NCBI GenBank assembly: GCA_964501135.1
Contig: CAZCRI010000002.1
Location: 29,644 to 93,643, forward strand
Source of the DNA: an uncultured Candidatus Saccharibacteria bacterium
GTDB lineage: Bacteria > Patescibacteriota > CPR2 > UBA1875 > CAIMLA01
Direction: 5' to 3'
Length of the DNA stretch: 64,000 nt
The position numbers were made by a program, and so were the translations under genes. Below the pieces are notes generated by a model, which saw only the letters and a list, made by a program, of their open reading frames with translations, was not told the origin of the DNA and did no database searches. Shown here piece after piece: positions 57,787 through 64,000 of the stretch (positions are counted from its first letter, which is position 1; every line of letters starts with the position of its first letter).

Positions 57787-58122
57787 TTATTTGACTTCGA
57801 TCTTTTCGATCTGAATCTTTGTCAATTTTTGTCGGTGACCAGTTTTTACTCGGTAGTTTTTCTTTGCCTTGTACTTAAAGACAATTTTCTTCTCGTCCTT
57901 GGTTTGAGCAAGAACAGTGATAGTTGCCTTGGCGCCGGCCACAGTTGGCTGACCAATACTTACCTTGTCGCCATCTATAACTAGTAAAATGTCTTCGTTT
58001 ACAAACTTAGCACCCTCTTCAAGATCAAGCTTTTCTACTTCGAAGTATTCACCTTCGGAGACCAAATATTGTTTGCCCCCGATTCGAATGACTGCATATT
58101 TTTCTGATTTCTTGTCTGACAT
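57787..58122 (-). CDS. rplU: 50S ribosomal protein L21
   Basis: YAVIRIGGKQYLV N-terminus; 111 aa; no rpmA (L27) follows it. Confidence 0.85.
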   Translation of the reverse strand: MSDKKSEKYAVIRIGGKQYLVSEGEYFEVEKLDLEEGAKFVNEDILLVIDGDKVSIGQPTVAGAKATITVLAQTKDEKKIVFKYKAKKNYRVKTGHRQKLTKIQIEKIEVK

Positions 58123-58183
58123 AATTTATTCCTGTGTTTACAACTTCAATATTTTAGCACTATTTGGATATATTTTCAAGAGA

Positions 58184-59284
58184 TTAAAAATCGATTTTCT
58201 TGTATCGAATATAAATACTTTCCAAAAGCCCGACAGAAAGTAGTGTCACTACCACACTAGTACCGCCCGAAGAAAGGAGCGGTAACGGAATACCGGTTAC
58301 GGGCATAATTCCTAGATTCATTCCAATATTAATGAAAATATGAAAGAAAAGAGTGGCGAATATTCCCGTGGCTAAATACATACCAAAGTAATCTCTTGCC
58401 GTTTGGGCGATTCGAAGCGCCCTGTAGAGAATAGTCCCAAAAAGCAGAATTACCGAAAAAGCCCCCACGAATCCCATTTCCTCAGCAAGCGCAGCAAAAA
58501 CAAAGTCAGTATGCTTAAATGGAACAAAATTTAGCTGACTCTGCGGACCATGCCCTAATCCCCGGCCCCAGAATTGGCCTGAACCGATAGCAATCATAGC
58601 CTGGTTTACATTCCAGCCGCTCCCCATTGGATCTGCCGCCGGATTAAGGAAAGTAACAATACGCTGCCGCTGATAGTCGTGCAGCAAAAACTCATAAACT
58701 GGCACCATGGCGATAATACCAAGACCTGCCATCCCGGCCAGGTAGCTCTTCTTGATAGTACTAACAACCATCATTGAAACCCAGATAATGCCAAAAGTCA
58801 TAGCGGTGCCAAGGTCGGGCTGAATCGCCACTAACCCAATCGGGATCCCAATATAGACAATCGATTTAATAATGGTTTTGGGTCGGTTCATCTGTTCCAC
58901 GTGATCTGAAAAGAATTTTGCCATGACAATAATCATGAAAATTTTGGCAAGCTCCGAAGGTTGAAACTGGAAGGTACCAATACTGATCCAGCGCTGCGCC
59001 CCCAACCTTGTACTCCCCAGGAATTGCGTCGCCAACAAAAGACCAATTGTTGACAGATACAGGAACCCAGAGAAATTACGGAAGATTCGATAATCAATTC
59101 GAGCCAAAACAAAGAGACCAACCAACCCGATAATCGCAAAGAAGAGCTGCTGCAAGGCCTCTGAACCGCCGGCAATCGAAAAGGTCGTACTAAAGATGAT
59201 TGCAAAGCTGAATCCCAAAAGTAGTGTTGCTGCAGCGAGCAAAACCCAATCGAAGTTTCGAATAAAACGAGAAAATCTATACAC
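58184..59284 (-). CDS. SEDS family peptidoglycan glycosyltransferase (FtsW/RodA)
   Basis: 366 aa, 10 TM, FtsW/RodA/SpoVE conserved loops. Confidence 0.8.
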   Translation of the reverse strand: MYRFSRFIRNFDWVLLAAATLLLGFSFAIIFSTTFSIAGGSEALQQLFFAIIGLVGLFVLARIDYRIFRNFSGFLYLSTIGLLLATQFLGSTRLGAQRWISIGTFQFQPSELAKIFMIIVMAKFFSDHVEQMNRPKTIIKSIVYIGIPIGLVAIQPDLGTAMTFGIIWVSMMVVSTIKKSYLAGMAGLGIIAMVPVYEFLLHDYQRQRIVTFLNPAADPMGSGWNVNQAMIAIGSGQFWGRGLGHGPQSQLNFVPFKHTDFVFAALAEEMGFVGAFSVILLFGTILYRALRIAQTARDYFGMYLATGIFATLFFHIFINIGMNLGIMPVTGIPLPLLSSGGTSVVVTLLSVGLLESIYIRYKKIDF

Positions 59285-62200
59285 TACACTTTAGAAAGCT
59301 CAAGAGTGAGCTTATGTTCTCCAATCAATACCTCTTCATTATATCCCGAATTTGCCTGAGAGACGAACAGCAACTCCGTAGCTAATGTTTCTTTTTTCAC
59401 ATACTCTAGCCACTTGCCACTAAGTATTGACTGAAACTCTTTTGATATCACCGAAAGTAATATCCTGTCATTTACTTGAAGATTTGCTTTCTTACGTGCA
59501 TCCTGAATTTTACGGACAAGTTCGCGCACTAGGCCTTCCGTGAGAAGCTCATCTTCGATTTCAGTATTTATGAAAACCACCACCTGACCATCACCGTCCA
59601 TAACAAAGGGTTTGTCTGCACTAGCTTTATATGAAAGGGCCGTAAGATTTGACTCTAGCTCGATGTCACCTACCTGAACTTTTCCGCAGCCGTGAAGCTG
59701 ATATTTCCCAGCGGCCAATAAGTCTTTAACCTCCCTGAGACGCGAACCCAACACTGGACCGGCTTCTCTAAAGTTGAGCAAGATTGTATTCTCGTAGGCA
59801 ATACCTGCCACTGATTGTTCTGGATTCACCACTAAATTATGGACATTCAACTCCTCCGTAATGGCAGTTTTGGTCTCTATACTTAGCGCAAGAGCCTGAA
59901 CGTCATAGATATAGGCCACCGAAAGCGGCTGCCGGACATTAATCCCTACTTGTGCTCTTAGTCGTAAGCCTTTCTCGACGGCGGTACGCGCTAGATGCAT
60001 TTCTGCATTTATGGTTAAGTTCACATGTTTTTTATCGGCTTTCGGCCAATCGCAGAGATGGACCGATTCCGGAGCCTTATCTTTTGCCGCCGACATTAGG
60101 TTTCGATAGATTTCATCACTAACAAAAGGCATAAACGGTGACAAGAGTTTCACATACGTGGTAAGAACATGGTATAGGGTCTCATAGGCAGCATTCTTAT
60201 CGCTGTCGTTCTCACTTTTCCAGAAACGCCGACGACTACGGCGAATGTACCAATTCGATAGGTCGTCGACAAAATCTGAAAGTTTACGCACCACTTTCGC
60301 CAAATCATAACCATCAAAAGACTCCGTAATATCTGCGATTAGCTGGTTGAGTTCAGAAACTATCCAAAAATCCATTGGATGTTTTAAGTCCAACTTACCA
60401 GTGGGAACAAATCCGTCTATCTCAGAGTAAGTAACGTAAAAACTATAAGAATTCCACAGGGTTAGGATCACTTTCTTTACTACCTCCTCTACCCCTTTTT
60501 CGGCAAACCTAAAGTCATCGGCATGCACTGCCGGGCTACCCATAAGATAAAATCTCATCGCATCGGCACCGTACTTGTCGACTATCTCCATTGGGTCTGG
60601 ATAATTCCGGAGTTTCTTAGACATTTTCTGGCCCGATTCGGCAAGAATTGTCCCGTTTACAATCACGCTCTGGTAAGAAGATTTATCAAAGAGCGCAGTC
60701 GAAAGGACCAATAATGAGTAAAACCAACCTCTAGTCTGGTCAATTCCTTCGGCAATAAAGTCTGCTGGGAAATCGCGCTCAAATTTATCGTTATTTTCGA
60801 AAGGATAATGGATGCTAGCAAACGGCATGCTGCCCGACTCGAACCAACAATCGAAGACCTCCCCCGAGATTTCCATCTTGCCGCCACAATCGCAAGCCCA
60901 ATTTAGATAATTAATTTTGTGCAAATGTATGTCAGTAACTTCGCTTTTTGACTTATCTGCAAGCTCGGCGATACTACCCACTACTTCTATCTTTTCGCAC
61001 TTGTTACATCTCCAAATTGGCAAAGGTGTTCCCCAAAATCTATTCCTTGAAATACTCCAATCAGGAGCATTCTCAATTAGTTTCTGGAATCTTCCGTGGC
61101 CGATACTGTCTGGCAGCCAATAAATTTCCTTATTGTTTGCGAGCATTTTCTGTTTTAGCTTTTCGACGGCTACAAACCAGCTCGAAACACCCTTGTATAT
61201 AAGAGGGGTGTCACAACGCCAACAGTGAGGATACGAGTGGGTAATCCCCTCCACTCGAAACGCCTTGTCTCCAAGGTCGCGAATTATATTCTCGTTGGTC
61301 TCAAGACTAATCACGCTCTGTCCTGCATAGTCAGCAACTTCAATCGTAAAATTACCCAGGTCGTCAACCGGCATAAAGAAGTCGATTCCGTGTTCCTTGG
61401 CGACCGCATAGTCGGCCTCACCAAAAGCAGGTGCTGTATGGACAATACCTGTTCCGTCCTCTGTAGTAACATGATTTCCATCGATTATTTGAAACGCCTT
61501 GGTAACCTCGGCGTAGCAATCAAAAACCGGCCGATATTTCTTGCCCACAAGGTCATGGCCAAGGAAGGTATCACGAATAGTATATTTACCCAGCTGTTCG
61601 GCATAACTTTCGATACGCTCTGTCGCTAAGATGTAGTTGCCAGTAGGAGTTGCTACTGTCGAATACTCTATCTTTGGTCCAACCGAGAGCGCTAAGTTCC
61701 CCGGCAACGTCCAAGGAGTAGTAGTCCAAGCCAAAAAGTAGGTTCCTGGCTCATCGACAAGCTCAAATTTAACCGTCACGGCCTTGTCTCGCTTGTCTTT
61801 ATACCCTTGACCCACTTCCATATTGGAAAGAGGAGTTGCACAGCGTGGACAATACGGCATCACCTTGTGCCCTTCATAGGCAAGCCCCTTCTTGTGAAGC
61901 TCAGAGAAGGCCCACCAGACGCTTTCCATAAACTCTGGATTCATCGTAAGATAAGCACTCTCCATGTCTGCCCAACGGCCAGTACGGCCAACTATTTTCT
62001 TCCATTCTTCGGCATAGGTAAAAACCTTGGTGCGACAGAGTTCGTTGAACTTATCTATTCCCAACTCTTGGACCTGATCCTTGGTTTTGATATCAAGCTC
62101 TTGTTCTACAATGTTCTCTATTGGCAAACCATGAGTATCCCAACCCCAAATACGTTCCACCCGATAGCCCTGCATCGTTTTGTAGCGCGGAATCACGTCT

Positions 62201-62397
62201 TTTATTGTTCCTGCAAGTAAGTGGCCATAATGAGGCAAACCAGTCGCAAACGGTGGCCCATCATAGAAAGAGAATACCTTGCCAGCAGGCCTTTGCGCCA
62301 CCGATTTCTCAAAGATATTATTATCGTCCCAGAACTTGAGGATCTCCGTCTCTAATTTTGGAAAATTTTGCTTGGGATCTACTTTTTTTGCTGCCAC
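59284..62397 (-). CDS. ileS: isoleucyl-tRNA synthetase
   Basis: HYGH (GLPHYGHLL) and KMSKK motifs, CP1 editing domain, 1037 aa. Confidence 0.9.
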   Translation of the reverse strand: MAAKKVDPKQNFPKLETEILKFWDDNNIFEKSVAQRPAGKVFSFYDGPPFATGLPHYGHLLAGTIKDVIPRYKTMQGYRVERIWGWDTHGLPIENIVEQELDIKTKDQVQELGIDKFNELCRTKVFTYAEEWKKIVGRTGRWADMESAYLTMNPEFMESVWWAFSELHKKGLAYEGHKVMPYCPRCATPLSNMEVGQGYKDKRDKAVTVKFELVDEPGTYFLAWTTTPWTLPGNLALSVGPKIEYSTVATPTGNYILATERIESYAEQLGKYTIRDTFLGHDLVGKKYRPVFDCYAEVTKAFQIIDGNHVTTEDGTGIVHTAPAFGEADYAVAKEHGIDFFMPVDDLGNFTIEVADYAGQSVISLETNENIIRDLGDKAFRVEGITHSYPHCWRCDTPLIYKGVSSWFVAVEKLKQKMLANNKEIYWLPDSIGHGRFQKLIENAPDWSISRNRFWGTPLPIWRCNKCEKIEVVGSIAELADKSKSEVTDIHLHKINYLNWACDCGGKMEISGEVFDCWFESGSMPFASIHYPFENNDKFERDFPADFIAEGIDQTRGWFYSLLVLSTALFDKSSYQSVIVNGTILAESGQKMSKKLRNYPDPMEIVDKYGADAMRFYLMGSPAVHADDFRFAEKGVEEVVKKVILTLWNSYSFYVTYSEIDGFVPTGKLDLKHPMDFWIVSELNQLIADITESFDGYDLAKVVRKLSDFVDDLSNWYIRRSRRRFWKSENDSDKNAAYETLYHVLTTYVKLLSPFMPFVSDEIYRNLMSAAKDKAPESVHLCDWPKADKKHVNLTINAEMHLARTAVEKGLRLRAQVGINVRQPLSVAYIYDVQALALSIETKTAITEELNVHNLVVNPEQSVAGIAYENTILLNFREAGPVLGSRLREVKDLLAAGKYQLHGCGKVQVGDIELESNLTALSYKASADKPFVMDGDGQVVVFINTEIEDELLTEGLVRELVRKIQDARKKANLQVNDRILLSVISKEFQSILSGKWLEYVKKETLATELLFVSQANSGYNEEVLIGEHKLTLELSKV

Positions 62398-62630
62398 TTT
62401 CTACTCCTAAATAACAAAAACCACACTGCCTCAGGTGCCCTCTCGGGCGGTACCAACCTGATTCTGTGTGGATACTTACTTACTGACATTACGCTGTCAC
62501 GGCGCCGAGGTCTAATAAGCTTACGCTGTTCTTCTCGGGGCTCGCGGGTGATAACCGCTCATTCGCCTTGTAAGTATTTTAGTACAAAAAACTACAAAAT
62601 ACCACCAAATTAATGTAAAATACCCAGGCT
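62398..62630 (-). promoter_or_regulatory. candidate T-box riboswitch leader of ileS
   Basis: Minus strand GAAUCAGGUUGGUACCGCC matches T-box consensus AAUUAGGGUGGNACCGCG at 15/18 with invariant UGGNACCGC (N=U, complementary to the A73 discriminator of tRNA-Ile); nested stems (CCACAC/GTGTGG, TCAGG/CCTGA, GCCC/GGGC) followed by TTTTT, then AGGAGT SD and ATG. Confidence 0.45.
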
Positions 62631-63947
62631 ATGGAAACAAAACTCAACAAAAACGAAGTCTATACAACCGTAATCGAAAAGATAGTCCCCGAAGGAAAGT
62701 CACTTACCCACATTGAGGGTAAGGTTATCTTCGTGAACGGAGGGTTTCCTGGAGAAACGGTCAAAATTCAGATTTACAAAAACAAGAAAGATTACTCTGA
62801 AGCTAGGCTTGTCGAGGTCGTTACACCTTCAAAAATCCGAATTACTCCACGTGAAGAACATTATTTGATTTGTTCGCCTTGGCAAGCAATACCTTACGAG
62901 CAGCAAATAATCTATAAGCGCCAAATTCTCGAGGAAGCCTTTGCGGCCAATGCAGATACCAAGGTTGTTTTAGATGAATTTTACCAGTCAGATGCCCAAT
63001 ATGGTTACCGGACTAAACTTGAGTTTAGCTTTACCGAAGACCCTAACGGCAAGATTGCCCTTGCTTTTCACAAACGTGGAGTTAATAACGAATATGAAAT
63101 CATAAATGGCTGCGATCTAGGGTCCGAAAAAATGAATCTGGCGGCGCAGAAGATTACCGAGCTACTGAATACCACACCAGGTGTTGTTGCTAAAGGGCTA
63201 AAAAGTCTTGTCATACGTGAGAGCAAGACCACTGGAAAGATTATCGCTGTTCTCTACTACAAATTTAAAGAGTTCCAAATTGGAATCACCCTTGCAGACC
63301 TAGAAGGATATGTAGATGGTCTATTCATTGCCTACTCAACTATTAAGTCGCCGATGTCCGTAATAACTGAGCTAAAACATGCTGAAGGCGATGAATATCT
63401 TGAAGAAAAAGTACTCAATGCTACAATTCGATACCCCTACGACGGTTTCTTTCAAAATAACCTACCGGTATTCGATAAGGCCCTTACGGAAATCTGTGCA
63501 GCTACCTATAACTGCGATAAAATCGTCGAAATCTATAGCGGAACAGGATCAATCGGCTTCAACCTCTCAGATAAAGCAAGAATTCTCGTGGGAATCGAAA
63601 TTGTACCCTCGGCTGTCCGCTATGCAGGAATCAATAAAGAGTTAAACAATGTCACTAATTATTCTGAGATCGAGCTCCCTGACCACAAGATTCAAGCGGA
63701 ACACCTAACCGACACCGACATCTTGGTACTAGACCCACCTAGGGCTGGTGTGCATCCGAAAACAATCACCCATATCCTGAGCGCAAAACCAAAACGAATT
63801 ATCTATCTATCCTGCAACCCAGTAACTCAAGCCCGCGACTATAGGCTACTTTCAGAGAATTATAAACTAGCTCGCGTTTGTGCTTTCGACTTCTATCCAA
63901 ACACCCTACACATGGAATCTTTAGTCGTTCTAGACCTAAAGAAATAA
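62631..63947 (+). CDS. TRAM-domain class I SAM-dependent RNA (uracil-5)-methyltransferase (RlmD/TrmA family)
   Basis: N-terminal TRAM OB-fold; C-terminal MTase with LDPPRAG motif and catalytic Cys region. Confidence 0.65.
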   Translation: METKLNKNEVYTTVIEKIVPEGKSLTHIEGKVIFVNGGFPGETVKIQIYKNKKDYSEARLVEVVTPSKIRITPREEHYLICSPWQAIPYEQQIIYKRQILEEAFAANADTKVVLDEFYQSDAQYGYRTKLEFSFTEDPNGKIALAFHKRGVNNEYEIINGCDLGSEKMNLAAQKITELLNTTPGVVAKGLKSLVIRESKTTGKIIAVLYYKFKEFQIGITLADLEGYVDGLFIAYSTIKSPMSVITELKHAEGDEYLEEKVLNATIRYPYDGFFQNNLPVFDKALTEICAATYNCDKIVEIYSGTGSIGFNLSDKARILVGIEIVPSAVRYAGINKELNNVTNYSEIELPDHKIQAEHLTDTDILVLDPPRAGVHPKTITHILSAKPKRIIYLSCNPVTQARDYRLLSENYKLARVCAFDFYPNTLHMESLVVLDLKK

Positions 63948-64000
63948 GTTTGTTTGTACAAACTATTTATTCAATAATAGGATTTTTCTCTTTCCTCGAT

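Noticed and set aside
1-64000. CRISPR arrays, rRNA genes, IS elements/transposases
   Set aside because: I could see no regularly spaced direct repeats, no rRNA-like conserved stretches and no transposase or integrase ORFs anywhere in the window.

Overview
This window is a gene-dense, AT-rich (by eye roughly 40-45% GC) bacterial chromosome segment with standard code: TGA, TAG and TAA are all used as stops (dnaX ends in TGA). Genes are short and tightly packed, with a strong minus-strand bias; gene content and organisation resemble a reduced-genome (CPR/Saccharibacteria-like) bacterium. Core content is housekeeping: many aminoacyl-tRNA synthetases (serS partial, class I lysS, glyQS, cysS, proS, ileS), replication/repair genes (dnaB, dnaX, recO, recR, ybaB), cell-wall/rod-shape genes (PBP1A, PBP2-mreBCD, SEDS, LCP, uppS, rseP), ribosomal/translation genes (rplJL, rpsB-tsf-frr, rpmE-prfA, rplU), a thymidylate/folate supermodule (cmk-glyA-folD-folA-thyA-dcd-dCMP deaminase), a Gtr-like membrane glycosylation cluster (GtrA-like, GT2, two GT-C enzymes), parAB and one tRNA-Gln(UUG). 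Two cis-regulatory RNAs can be read directly from the sequence: a SAM-I (S-box) riboswitch with a terminator/antiterminator upstream of metK, and a T-box-like leader upstream of ileS. The most unusual region is a ~5.5 kb insert at about 25.89-31.42 kb. It sits precisely between the rplJ promoter and metK and is a compositional mosaic with GC-rich blocks. It encodes eight small, mostly independently promoted genes: a PIF1-family helicase, a GIY-YIG-domain protein, a YkgJ-type CxxCxxCC protein and several unknowns. Its terminators are perfect 11-12 bp GC stems that mostly lack U-tracts. It looks horizontally acquired and is the best candidate here for an undescribed accessory or defence-like module, but its function cannot be established from sequence alone.
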